From positions 576,001 through 640,000 of the forward strand of contig JAHQWK010000001.1 in NCBI GenBank assembly GCA_029856145.1: a stretch of 64,000 nucleotides of DNA, given 5' to 3'. Under the pieces are notes generated by a model. It was not told the origin of the DNA. It saw only the letters and a list, made by a program, of their open reading frames with translations, and made no database searches. A program made the position numbers and the translations under genes. Positions 39,352 through 49,343 of the stretch are shown here, piece after piece. The stretch's first letter is position 1; every line of letters starts with the position of its first letter. The DNA is from Promethearchaeia archaeon. Lineage in GTDB: Archaea; Asgardarchaeota; Lokiarchaeia; Sigyniarchaeales; SOKP01.

Positions 39352-40392
39352 ATGAAAAATCCTTTTAATAAATTCTATCATGTTCCAAATTCAAAAGAAT
39401 TTTTAGATATTGCTTTTAAAAGAGGGATGAAGAGTTCTGCTCAAGTCTCTCAGAATGCTCCAATACTAATTAAAGCAAAAAAGAAAGAATCTAAGCGTAT
39501 AAAAGTTGCTATTGAAGAAATCATAGATAGAATTCTAAAAGTCATAAAAATGGTTCCAATTATCGATGATCTCCCTGATTTTTATAGAGAGTTAGCATCC
39601 ATTTTAGTTAATATTGATGAATTGAAATTAACCCTAGGAAAAATAAATGGAATTTTACCCGTTCTTAGAAAAATTAAACGAGAATATATTAAAAAATTAA
39701 ATAGAATAGAAGCTCCAAAAGAGGGTGATCAATTACGAAGAGCTGCTTTTGGAAGGATATCCTCAATTATCAATAAACAGAACAAAAATCTTGAATATCT
39801 AAATAAGATTAGAGGACGTTTGAGAGAAATACCTTCAATTGATTATACTATGCCGTGTGTAGTTGTTGCGGGATATCCAAATGTAGGAAAAAGTAGTATA
39901 GTTAAAAATATATCAACAAATAAAAAAATAGAAGTGAAAGAATATCCCTTTACAACTAAAAAATTATACATGGGGCATTTAGAAATTGAAAGAAGATTTG
40001 ATAAAATTAAAATTCAATGCCTAGATACTCCTGGGATTTTAGACCGTCCTATGGGTAAAAGAAATAATATCGAATTACAGGCGATTTTAGCTTTACGCTT
40101 AATATCTGATCTTATAATTTTTGTTTTTGATCCAACTATAAGTTCAGGATATAGCGTTGAATCTCAAATTGAATTATATAATGAAATTAGGTATAATTTT
40201 TCAAAGGAAGGTCAAATAGAAATTCTTATTATATTTAATAAAATGGATTTAGCTAGAGATTCAGAAATTCAATATTTAAGAGAAAAAGTAAACCTGAAGG
40301 AAAATGAATATTATTTAATTAACGCTCTTACGGGAGAGAATCTTGATAAACTAATTAGTGATTTAAAAGAACGATACAGGGGTAATGAGTAA
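39352..40392 (+). CDS. NOG1-family GTP-binding protein
   Basis: AGYPNVGKSS, YPFTTK, DTPGILDRP..RN.IE, NKMD. Confidence 0.9.
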   Translation: MKNPFNKFYHVPNSKEFLDIAFKRGMKSSAQVSQNAPILIKAKKKESKRIKVAIEEIIDRILKVIKMVPIIDDLPDFYRELASILVNIDELKLTLGKINGILPVLRKIKREYIKKLNRIEAPKEGDQLRRAAFGRISSIINKQNKNLEYLNKIRGRLREIPSIDYTMPCVVVAGYPNVGKSSIVKNISTNKKIEVKEYPFTTKKLYMGHLEIERRFDKIKIQCLDTPGILDRPMGKRNNIELQAILALRLISDLIIFVFDPTISSGYSVESQIELYNEIRYNFSKEGQIEILIIFNKMDLARDSEIQYLREKVNLKENEYYLINALTGENLDKLISDLKERYRGNE

Positions 40393-40400
40393 TAATCATT

Positions 40401-41471
40401 TTGGGCCTGGATATTGGAGGAGCAAACACGAAAGCGGTTTTAATACACTTTAAAGATAAAATAATTGCTAAGTCTTATTTATATATAGAATATTTTCCAT
40501 TCTGGGAAAAAACAATTAAAGAAATCCCTGAAATGTTAAGCAGAGTAATTGAAAATTTATTCGAAAAGAATAACTTTAACCTAGAAATGATTGACAATTT
40601 TGCCGTTACCATTACAGCTGAACTTTCCGATGCATTCCAAACGAAAAGAGAGGGAATCTTAATAATTTTAAACGCACTTAAAAAAGTATTTAATAAGGAG
40701 AGATTGAGATTTATTACAAATGAATGTAAATTTATTGATTATAGCATAGCTAAATCTAATTATTCCTCAATTGCAGCAGCTAATTGGGCGTCATCAGCTT
40801 TGTTTTTGGGAAAGTTTACACCAACATGTGTTTTAATTGATGCAGGTTCAACAACGATTGATATTATTCCTATATACGAATCAGTTCCAGTACCAAATGG
40901 AAAAGATGATATTTCTCGTCTAATAAACCATGAATTAATCTATACAGGAGGTTTAAGAGCGACAATTCCTTCTATTTCTCATCATATTCCTTATAAAGGT
41001 AAAAGAATACGTGTGTCATTTGAAAAATTTGCGTTAATTTCTGATGTTCATAGAATTTTGAATAATATCACAGAGGAAGAATACATTAATGATACTGCTG
41101 ATAATCGTTCAAAAACCTTAGAAAATTGCTACGCTCGACTTTCTCGGGTAATTTGTATGGACCTTGAAACAATTTCAAAAGAAGATTTAGATTTAATAGC
41201 TAATTTTATTTATCAAAAACAATTAGATATTATTACAAGAGAAATTAGAGCTTTTATGGATAATCTTACTATAAGATTCAAGGAATTTAATGATAATCCT
41301 AAATTTGTAATAACTGGTTTATCTGCTGATTTTCTAATAAGAAAACCACTCCAAAATTTAGGATTTACCAATATTATCAATTATGAGAAATTAACAAAAA
41401 TTCCTGACAATATTAGCTCATCAGCTTTCGCTGTTGCGGGAGCATTATATAATCAAATACAACATACATGA
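40401..41471 (+). CDS. mfnF: Methanofuran biosynthesis protein MfnF (hydantoinase/oxoprolinase family)
   Basis: GLDIGGANTK, TAELSDAF, AAANW, D.GSTT.DIIP, L.YTG..R. Confidence 0.8.
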   Translation: MGLDIGGANTKAVLIHFKDKIIAKSYLYIEYFPFWEKTIKEIPEMLSRVIENLFEKNNFNLEMIDNFAVTITAELSDAFQTKREGILIILNALKKVFNKERLRFITNECKFIDYSIAKSNYSSIAAANWASSALFLGKFTPTCVLIDAGSTTIDIIPIYESVPVPNGKDDISRLINHELIYTGGLRATIPSISHHIPYKGKRIRVSFEKFALISDVHRILNNITEEEYINDTADNRSKTLENCYARLSRVICMDLETISKEDLDLIANFIYQKQLDIITREIRAFMDNLTIRFKEFNDNPKFVITGLSADFLIRKPLQNLGFTNIINYEKLTKIPDNISSSAFAVAGALYNQIQHT

Positions 41472-41478
41472 TAAAAAT

Positions 41479-42201
41479 ATGAAATATAAAACTGCTGTGT
41501 TTAAAATTGGAGGAAAAATCTTTGAAGATTTTGAAAATTTGAAATCTACAATTTCTCAATTGAAACAATTATATGATGAAAATTTGATTGATAAAATAGT
41601 CTTAATTCCCGGAGGTGGCTCGTTCGCAAACTTTATTCGTAAAATATATAGTGAATTAAAGTTTACTGAAGAAATTGCTCATTGGATGGGAATTATCTCT
41701 ATGAACTATAATGGATTAGAGATAAGTAAGAAATTTCCTAGCTTACAAGTTATTGAAAGCTATGATAAATTAAAAGAAAACAGTAAAACTTTCTGTGTAT
41801 TTTTACCTTACGAATTTATAAAAGAAAATGACAAATTGCCCCATAGTTGGGATGTTACATCTGATTCGATATCATTATTCATAGCGAAAAAACTCGAATT
41901 AAATGAATGTTTTTTAATTAAAGATATTGATGGTATTTTAAATAATAAAAATCAGGTTATAAAAGAGATTTCTACTTCAAAATTCAACGATATGAAAAAA
42001 TCAGGTAAGTTAGCTGAATTTTTGTCTAAAAATAACGGATTAAAGGAAAAAACAACTCCAATAGATCCTTATACAACGATTTTGATAAATAAATATAAGA
42101 TTTCTTGTATTATTTTAAATGGATCAAAAAATTACCAGAGAATCTTAAATTACTTTAAATCAACTAAACCAGAAGATAAAATTTACACAAAAATCATATA
42201 A
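41479..42201 (+). CDS. mfnE: Amino-acid-kinase family protein MfnE
   Basis: KIGG, PGGGSFA, AHW, LPHSWDVTSDSI, KDIDG; adjacent to mfnF; ATG at 41479. Confidence 0.78.
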   Translation: MKYKTAVFKIGGKIFEDFENLKSTISQLKQLYDENLIDKIVLIPGGGSFANFIRKIYSELKFTEEIAHWMGIISMNYNGLEISKKFPSLQVIESYDKLKENSKTFCVFLPYEFIKENDKLPHSWDVTSDSISLFIAKKLELNECFLIKDIDGILNNKNQVIKEISTSKFNDMKKSGKLAEFLSKNNGLKEKTTPIDPYTTILINKYKISCIILNGSKNYQRILNYFKSTKPEDKIYTKII

Positions 42202-42341
42202 AAAACTATTCAAGCAAAATAGCTTGGGTTTAATGATAATTTTGTTAAATTTTAGGATTAAAATTAAAGTTTTAATTAAATTGAACTTAAATTATAATTA
42301 ATATAATAATTAAATTCAACAAAAACAAGAGTGAAATCAAC

Positions 42342-42842
42342 ATGGATATTGAAGAAATGAAAAAAAATGCAGAATTTCTAATAAAAAATATGAAAGGGAT
42401 GGAAATTCCTGGATCTACAACTGTAAACATTAGATATAGAAATATGGTTAATTTTGCTAAAGTTTATGGCATATCAGATCCCAAATATATTGGGTCAGAG
42501 GAACAAGGCGTTGTCGCATGTCATGCGTTTGCTAACTATTTTACAATCAAAGCAATTTACAAATTGCTTTTAGGGTTTAAATTAAATCAAGATGGCAAAG
42601 AACGTGGAATTATGCTTGATCCAGGTAAACTTTTACATGCAGGTAATCGATATAATTGGGAAGGATGCGTTGATGTCAATCCTGGGGATAAACTAACAGT
42701 TACAGGAAAATGTACTGCTGTAAAGTTAGTAGAAAAAAATATGATGTTGTTTGCTGATTTTTTAGTACATGTTAAAAATCAAAATAACAAACCAGTTTGT
42801 GATATTACAATTTCTGCTGGTTTTCGTAAAGGAGGGTATTAA
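42342..42842 (+). CDS. MaoC-like hotdog-fold dehydratase subunit
   Basis: FA...G..DP.Y, LLHAG..Y, PGD.L. Confidence 0.75.
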   Translation: MDIEEMKKNAEFLIKNMKGMEIPGSTTVNIRYRNMVNFAKVYGISDPKYIGSEEQGVVACHAFANYFTIKAIYKLLLGFKLNQDGKERGIMLDPGKLLHAGNRYNWEGCVDVNPGDKLTVTGKCTAVKLVEKNMMLFADFLVHVKNQNNKPVCDITISAGFRKGGY

Positions 42843-42843
42843 A

Positions 42844-43392
42844 ATGGTTAAAATCTCAGATTTGGAAGTTGGACAAGTATTAAAAAATGAATTTGAAGGA
42901 ATCACAAGAGATCTACTAAAACAATACGCAAAGGCATCAGGAGATACGAATCCTATTCATACTAATGATGTTGTGGCTGAAAGAGCAGGACTTAAAGGGG
43001 TTATTGGTCATGGATTACTAAGTTTTGGCTTTATTTCGAAATTATTCGAAGATTTTCTCGAACATGGGAAATATGGGAAAATGATTGATATTAAAGTACA
43101 AATGCGAGGTATGGTAAGGTGTGGTGATCTTCTCATCACTGAAGCAACAGTTAATAAGATTGAAGGTAAAAGAGTACATTTTGACGTAGTACAAACAACC
43201 GTAACAAGTGTTGATATAAAGGATAAAGATGGTAAGGTTTTAAAACAATTTGAAGCTGGTGAAAGAGGTTATATATCAGAAAAAGATATTGAACGAGGTT
43301 TAGTAAAGACTAAAGAAGTACCCGAAGGAACTTTAACTTATCGAGAAAGAATAGCAACTCCTGGAGAAGCTATCATTGAACTTTTTGAATAG
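42844..43392 (+). CDS. MaoC family dehydratase (catalytic subunit)
   Basis: YA.ASGD.NPIH....A...GL...I.HGL; ATG at 42844. Confidence 0.85.
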   Translation: MVKISDLEVGQVLKNEFEGITRDLLKQYAKASGDTNPIHTNDVVAERAGLKGVIGHGLLSFGFISKLFEDFLEHGKYGKMIDIKVQMRGMVRCGDLLITEATVNKIEGKRVHFDVVQTTVTSVDIKDKDGKVLKQFEAGERGYISEKDIERGLVKTKEVPEGTLTYRERIATPGEAIIELFE

Positions 43393-43667
43393 AAATAAAA
43401 AAATTCTATAAAACTTTTAATATCTTAATCTTTTTTTATATATCTTTCAAATATAATGCGTATTCTTCCAATAATTACAGTTATTGAAATTTTGAATTTT
43501 AGAAAGATTTAGTTATATCATTTATTTATAGATTTAATCAACGAACTATGGTAAGAGTAGATAGTTCCTTTGAAGTATCTAATATAAATATAAATATTTA
43601 TACTACTTTGATAGAAGAGATATTTGAAATAATAATTTAAAAAAAAAAATTCTGTTTTCCTACCACA

Positions 43668-46640
43668 TTGACAACCCAAGAACCCTTAGACTCCCAAGAA
43701 CCCTTAGATACCGAAAAAATAGAGAGTTTAATTATAAATGGGTATAATGAAAAGGCTGCTGAGGAATTATTTGGAATTATTGAAAATTATAAAAACCATT
43801 CCGATAAAGAATTAATTTATCGAAGTCTTAGCTTACTAAATTTAATTTGTGATAAATCTCCTTCGATTTCGACGAGATCAATAAAAAATTTAAATCAGTT
43901 TGTTAACGATTCTGATTCTTGGATTAGATTAGTTTCATTAGAAATCTCATATCAGATAAGTTTGTTTAGACCTAATCTCTTACTTGAATTACTTGAAAAA
44001 ATTCGAGGACGTTTATATGACCAGGATCCTTCTGTAAGGAGACTAACTGTAAAGATCATAGGTAATCTGATCTTATCTTTATATATAGAAACGGGTGAAT
44101 TACAAGAAATAGTTGAAGAATACACAGAGAAACTAATGGATAATGACTGGAAAGTTAAATTAAATGTAATTAAAACAATCCAGAGGGTTTTAAATCAAGA
44201 TTATACGAAAATTCGAAATTTAGAACCTCTATTATCAATGGTAATTATTAATCTAAGAGATGAAGATGATGATGTTGCTAGAGCAGCAGCAGAGCTTTTG
44301 AAAATTCATGGGACATATTTCTTGACGAAAGAGAAGATATTTTATATCTTATTAAACCTTCTCTATAATGAGGAGAATCGTGTTAAAGAACTCATTATTT
44401 GGCTTTTTGGAGAAATTGGTAAAGAAAAATCATCAGAGATAATCTCAATAATCCCAAAATTGATTAATATCTTAAAGGAAAAAGATTATAGAATTCAGTC
44501 AAAAATTATTGAAGCACTTGTCAATATTGCTGAAAATAATTTTGATCAAATTTGGGCAAATTTATTGCATTCTCTATTAGAAGCAAGTGATTCTAATTAT
44601 AGAAATTCTTTAATAAATGCAATTTTTCATCTTTGTCGAAAAAATATTATTGAAATATTTCCATATTTGTTTGAGGAATTAGAAAATCCATCTGAAAATA
44701 TTAGAGAAGGTATTGCATTAGTATTTAAACGTTTATTTGAAGAATACCAGATTGAAATAGAAAATGAAATTACTAAAATCATCTACCAGTTAGAATCACG
44801 ATTTTGGCGAGAAAGAAAGAAGACTATCATATTATTACAAAATACATGTTTTATCTTAGAAAGTAAAAAAATTGCGGTGTGGATTACAATTGAATTGAAC
44901 AATGCTTTAAATATTGAAAAAGATCCAGAAGTTAAGGATGAAATCATTTATACATTAAAAAATATTAGGTCAAAATTTTCAGATATTGACGATACTATTG
45001 AAAGAATTAATAATGAATTATCCATATTTGAGAAGAGAATTGTCGAATTTCAAAAAATTCCTGCTCAATTTAGAGAAAAATTAAATTCATATATTCAGAA
45101 TTTCAAGTTTAACGATACAGAGATTCAGTTAAATAGAAAGTATAGTAAAATTCTCAAAAAAATCAAAAAATTTGATAATATTATTAAAAAATTTGACTAC
45201 AAAAGATTAGCATTCGAATTAGTCGAAGACTGGGAAGATACAAGAGTACAAATTATTGAAGAATTAAGTATTATTAAAGGCTTCATCTCAGAAATCTGTG
45301 AAGAGAAAAAATCCGAATTTGTTTCGAATTTGAAAGAAAAAATTAATGTATTAACTAATCGCGTTGATGTTTTGAAAGCAGAGTTTGAATATATCAAAGA
45401 AAAAAAATTCGAAATTGAAATTGATGAAGGAGTATCTAATGTTGAATTTATCTATAGCCAAGATGATAAACTTGGATATATAACACAGATAAGAAAAAAA
45501 TTATTTAAACTAGATGGTGATATTAGAGAATTACTAATAGGTAACGTTGAATTTAATGAAATCTTCAAAGATCTTCTGCAAAAATGGGTTGAAACTAAAA
45601 TTGACATCCAAGAGTATTTGAATGACCTAGATCGCCAAATTAAATTAATGAAAGATAAACTGATCAATTATTTAACTCAGCCAGGAATAATTACTGAAAG
45701 TGCAAAAAGCACTGAGTTCAATGGAATTAGTAATGAATTAAGCTTTCAACTACTTCAAGGACATATACAATCAATCATTACAGAGAGAATTGAAGGTATG
45801 AAAAATTTCAATGAGGATTTTACTAAATTAATCGAAAAACTTGATACCCTAATAAAAAAAAATGAATTTTCAGATGCACAAAGATTACTAGAAATGAATT
45901 CAACCCAAATTCAAAACTACATCGAAGATACTGAAAAACAAATTGATGCAATTATAGGAAGAGAAAATGTATTTGAAGATAATAATGTTTTTAATTTATA
46001 TATAAGACCCTATCTTAACAAAATTAATGCCTTAAAAGAATTATTAATAAATCGATTAAAAAATTTTGTTAGAAAATCTAATAATAAGCTATATCTAAAT
46101 CAGATTAAATACTACCTCAAAATGATTAATCCCATTAAGTTAGATCTACTTGCTAATTATATTAAATTAGATATCGAACGATTAAAAGACTTAGTTCTTA
46201 AATTTATAAGTAAGAATAAGTTGAATGCTAAAATTATAAATGAAAAATTATATTTCCAACAAATTGAATCCGAGATACATGACTCAAAAGAAATTCTCTT
46301 CTTTAAGAACATAAAGACAATCGGAAATGAAATTTATCTCAACTTTAAATTAACTAATCCCTCAAATTTTGATTTCAAGGATTTGCAGATATCTCTAAAG
46401 GTACCCTCTTATCTTAATTTTCAACGAAAAGAAAGTTTTCCAAAATATCTACAATTAAATGAATTAAAACCTGGAAAGAATTTCCAATTCAATTATGTGC
46501 TTAAAGTAGATAAACAGAAAGAGCTTAAGAAAAACCTGTTTGACCCTTCGGCTGATGAAATTAAACTGGACTTACATTATAGAGATGAATTCGATATTGC
46601 CCGAAAGACTACAAAACATATAGATTTATTTATTCGATAA
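43668..46640 (+). CDS. HEAT-repeat protein with helical middle region, PCI-like winged helix and C-terminal beta-sandwich
   Basis: HEAT motifs (DSDSWIR, DQDPSVRR, DNDWKVK, DEDDDVAR); IKLDLLA..I.LD.....LV..FI....LNAKI; beta-rich tail. Confidence 0.7.
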   Translation: MTTQEPLDSQEPLDTEKIESLIINGYNEKAAEELFGIIENYKNHSDKELIYRSLSLLNLICDKSPSISTRSIKNLNQFVNDSDSWIRLVSLEISYQISLFRPNLLLELLEKIRGRLYDQDPSVRRLTVKIIGNLILSLYIETGELQEIVEEYTEKLMDNDWKVKLNVIKTIQRVLNQDYTKIRNLEPLLSMVIINLRDEDDDVARAAAELLKIHGTYFLTKEKIFYILLNLLYNEENRVKELIIWLFGEIGKEKSSEIISIIPKLINILKEKDYRIQSKIIEALVNIAENNFDQIWANLLHSLLEASDSNYRNSLINAIFHLCRKNIIEIFPYLFEELENPSENIREGIALVFKRLFEEYQIEIENEITKIIYQLESRFWRERKKTIILLQNTCFILESKKIAVWITIELNNALNIEKDPEVKDEIIYTLKNIRSKFSDIDDTIERINNELSIFEKRIVEFQKIPAQFREKLNSYIQNFKFNDTEIQLNRKYSKILKKIKKFDNIIKKFDYKRLAFELVEDWEDTRVQIIEELSIIKGFISEICEEKKSEFVSNLKEKINVLTNRVDVLKAEFEYIKEKKFEIEIDEGVSNVEFIYSQDDKLGYITQIRKKLFKLDGDIRELLIGNVEFNEIFKDLLQKWVETKIDIQEYLNDLDRQIKLMKDKLINYLTQPGIITESAKSTEFNGISNELSFQLLQGHIQSIITERIEGMKNFNEDFTKLIEKLDTLIKKNEFSDAQRLLEMNSTQIQNYIEDTEKQIDAIIGRENVFEDNNVFNLYIRPYLNKINALKELLINRLKNFVRKSNNKLYLNQIKYYLKMINPIKLDLLANYIKLDIERLKDLVLKFISKNKLNAKIINEKLYFQQIESEIHDSKEILFFKNIKTIGNEIYLNFKLTNPSNFDFKDLQISLKVPSYLNFQRKESFPKYLQLNELKPGKNFQFNYVLKVDKQKELKKNLFDPSADEIKLDLHYRDEFDIARKTTKHIDLFIR
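43675..43708 (+). repeat. Tandem duplication with 18-bp period in the N-terminal coding region (QEPLD x2)
   Basis: CCCAAGAACCCTTAGA at 43675 and 43693. Confidence 0.7.
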
Positions 46641-46827
46641 ATTTACATGAAGATTTCAAATATTTATATTCTTTTTTTCTAACTATAAGATATTTTAACG
46701 AATTTATTTATAATATAATCTCGTTTATCGGAAAAATAAATAAAAAATATGGAAAAAATTAATATATATATCTATTCTATCTTACTCTACCAGTAAATTT
46801 ATGCAAATTTATAGAACGAGGTGAAGA

Positions 46828-47862
46828 ATGCAAGAAATTGAGAGTTATCGATTAACTTTACAGACTAAATTGTTCGGGTGAAATTGTAAATTATCAAGGG
46901 AAAAATTAGAAGAACTCCTGACTAATGTTGGACTAAATAGTGATTTTGAAGATTCTGCTCTTATCCCTGTACCAAACACTAATCTTGTCATGGCTAAAAA
47001 TATAGATATATTCACACCTATTATTGACGAACCCGAAATTATGGGAGAGATTGCTGTTGCTAATGTTACCAATGATATATTTGCTCTAAATGTCCCAGAA
47101 ATATCTGGTATGCTCGTATTTCTAGGAATAAAGAAAAATATGCCTATGTACATAGCAGAAGGAATATTAAATGGAATCAAAAATTTCATGGAGAATAAAC
47201 TAAATTCGAAAATTCTTGGTGGACATACAATATATTCAGAATGGCCATTAATAGGAGGAGAAGCCTCGGGATTTGTAGATAAGAGCAAGATTATTAAAAA
47301 AGATTTTGTGAAAGATGGTGATAAGTTAATTCTTACAAAGCCAATAGGAAATCAAGCAATTATGGCAGCATATAGACTTCAAAAAAACAATCCAGAACTC
47401 TTGGAGAACTATTCTATAAACGAGATTGATGCGTCTATAGATCTGGCTGTGAAATTAATGATTACGCCTCTTCAAGATGTTGTAAAAACTATTCATACAT
47501 ATAATGATATTTCATTTATTCATTCAATGACTGATATCAGTGGTTTTGGTCTCGCAGGACATTTAAAAGAAATGCTTCAAAATTCGCATCTCTCAGCAAT
47601 AATCGAAAAGATTCCTAGTATTAAACTGACAAGTGATTTAGCTTATGAATTTGGATATAAATTTGATGAATGTGAAATGCCAGAAACTGCGGGTGGGATG
47701 CTTCTATCTGTTGATCACGAATTTGCTGAAGAATTTTCACAGCGACTTGATAGTGAATACGGTGTGGAAAATTGGATTATAGGCACGATCGATAACATGA
47801 ATAAACCTAAACATGTTCGCGTTTCCAAAAACGTTGAGCATATTGAAATTACAAAAATTTAA
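46828..47862 (+). CDS. selD: Selenide, water dikinase (selenophosphate synthetase), selenoprotein with Sec18; 344 aa
   Basis: GAGGTGA SD, ATG at 46828, in-frame TGA at 46879-46881 in YRLT...G-U-N-C-K; DIFTP, NDIFA, GGHT, LTKPIG, TDISGFGLAGH, ETAGG. Confidence 0.93.
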
Positions 47863-47934
47863 CGATGTCAATGAAATAAGCAGAAACACATCATTGTGAG
47901 CGCTTATTGAGAATTCTGTTGTGCAACAGCATCG
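47863..47934 (+). promoter_or_regulatory. SECIS element (AUGA...GA kink-turn type) in the 3' UTR of selD copy 1
   Basis: CGAUG/CAUCG base helix; AUGA 47871-47874; AAUAAGC/GCUUAUU; GAAA plus CACA/UGUG minihelix; GA 47909-47910. Confidence 0.85.
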
Positions 47935-48094
47935 AATATAATTGGTTGTTTTTACTTCTTATTTTTATTATTATTAGATTTATTTATCGATAGAATTGAT
48001 AAATAATATCGAAAGTTTTTATAGATAGTTAGAATTTGATTTATTGACTAACTATTAATCAAAATTTAATAAAAATCATAAAAAGTTGAGGTGT

Positions 48095-49123
48095 ATGGAC
48101 AAAGAAACAAAATATCGATTAACTACAGATGTAAAGATACACGGATGAAGCTGTAAACTCAGGCAAAACGATTTAAATGATTTATTAGCGAATGTGGGAT
48201 TAGCGGGAGACATCGAAGATGCTGCGATTGTACCCATACCTAACAGTGATTTGGTTCTTGTGAAAAATATTGATATTTTCACGCCCATTATTGATGAACC
48301 CGAAATAGCGGGTGAAATTGCTGCGTGTAATGTTACAAATGATATATTTGCAATGAATGTTCCTGAGATATCGGGAATGCTTGTATTCTTAGCAATAAGT
48401 AATAGAACTCCAATAAAAGTAGCTGAAGGGATTCTAAAGGGTATTAAGTATTTCATGGAAGAAAAGATAAATTCTAAAGTGGTTGGTGGGCACACCATTT
48501 ATAGCGAATGGCCATTAATGGGGGGTGAAGCCTCTGGATATATACATAAAGATGCCATTATTCAAAAACAAGGAGTAAAGAAAGGAGATAAATTAATTTT
48601 AACCAAACCAATAGGATTACAAGCAATTATGGCATCCTATAGGATTCTTAAAGACTTTCCGGAAATGTTAGAACAATATTCGACTGACGAACTTCAAAAA
48701 TCTATAGATCTTGCTATAAAAATTATGACAACTCCTAATCAGAATGTTGTCAAAGCAATACACTCCTACGATGATTTTTCATTTGTCCATGCATTAACTG
48801 ATATTACTGGATTTGGCTTAGCTGGTCATACTGCTGAAATGCTTCAGAATTCTGATCTCTCTGCAATAATAGAAACCGTGCCCTCGATAAAATTTTCTGA
48901 AGTAATATCTCATGAGTTAGGATATGCTTTTGATGAATGTAGATGCCATGAAACTGCGGGAGGCATGCTTATTGCCGTTGATCCTACTAGTGTAGAAGAT
49001 TTCACAACAACACTTACAAGTAATAAAATTTCTAATTGGATCGTGGGAACAATAGATAACGTTCAGCCGGGTTTAGTTAGGATTTCAGAGAATGTTCAAA
49101 ATATTGAATTTACAAAAATTTAA
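48095..49123 (+). CDS. selD: Second selenophosphate synthetase, selenoprotein with Sec18; 342 aa
   Basis: GAGGTG SD, ATG at 48095, in-frame TGA at 48146-48148 in YRLT...G-U-S-C-K; same SelD motifs as copy 1. Confidence 0.93.
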
Positions 49124-49196
49124 AGATGTCGATGAGATAAGTTGAAACACTTTATAGTGGGGACTTATTGAGAATTCCACTTGCATGGTGGCATCT
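49124..49196 (+). promoter_or_regulatory. SECIS element in the 3' UTR of selD copy 2
   Basis: AGAUG/CAUCU; AUGA 49132-49135; GAUAAGU/ACUUAUU; GAAA plus CACU/AGUG; GA 49170-49171; compensatory changes relative to copy 1. Confidence 0.85.
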
Positions 49197-49343
49197 AAAT
49201 TGAAAAATGTTCTTCTGAAAGGGAGTTAAAGTTTTATATAATTAATAAAATCATCATACCATTTGTAAGGTCTAACTTCCCCAGAATTATTTTTTTTTTT
49301 TAATTATTATGCTTTATAACTTTTATTAATAAATCCTTAAGAA

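Noticed and set aside
46990-49123. ORF-track starts at 46990 and 48194 for the SelD genes; reading the genes as pseudogenes
   Set aside because: True starts are 46828 and 48095; each TGA lies at the catalytic Sec/Cys position and a SECIS follows each gene
28159-49196. Functional link between the hgc-like operon and the selD pair (Hg-Se antagonism)
   Set aside because: They are more than 13 kb apart with unrelated housekeeping genes between; nothing in the sequence supports co-regulation
49212-49287. Imperfect hairpin with an ATGATGA box-C-like motif on the minus strand
   Set aside because: No CTGA D box on the same strand; more likely a terminator-region structure between convergent genes
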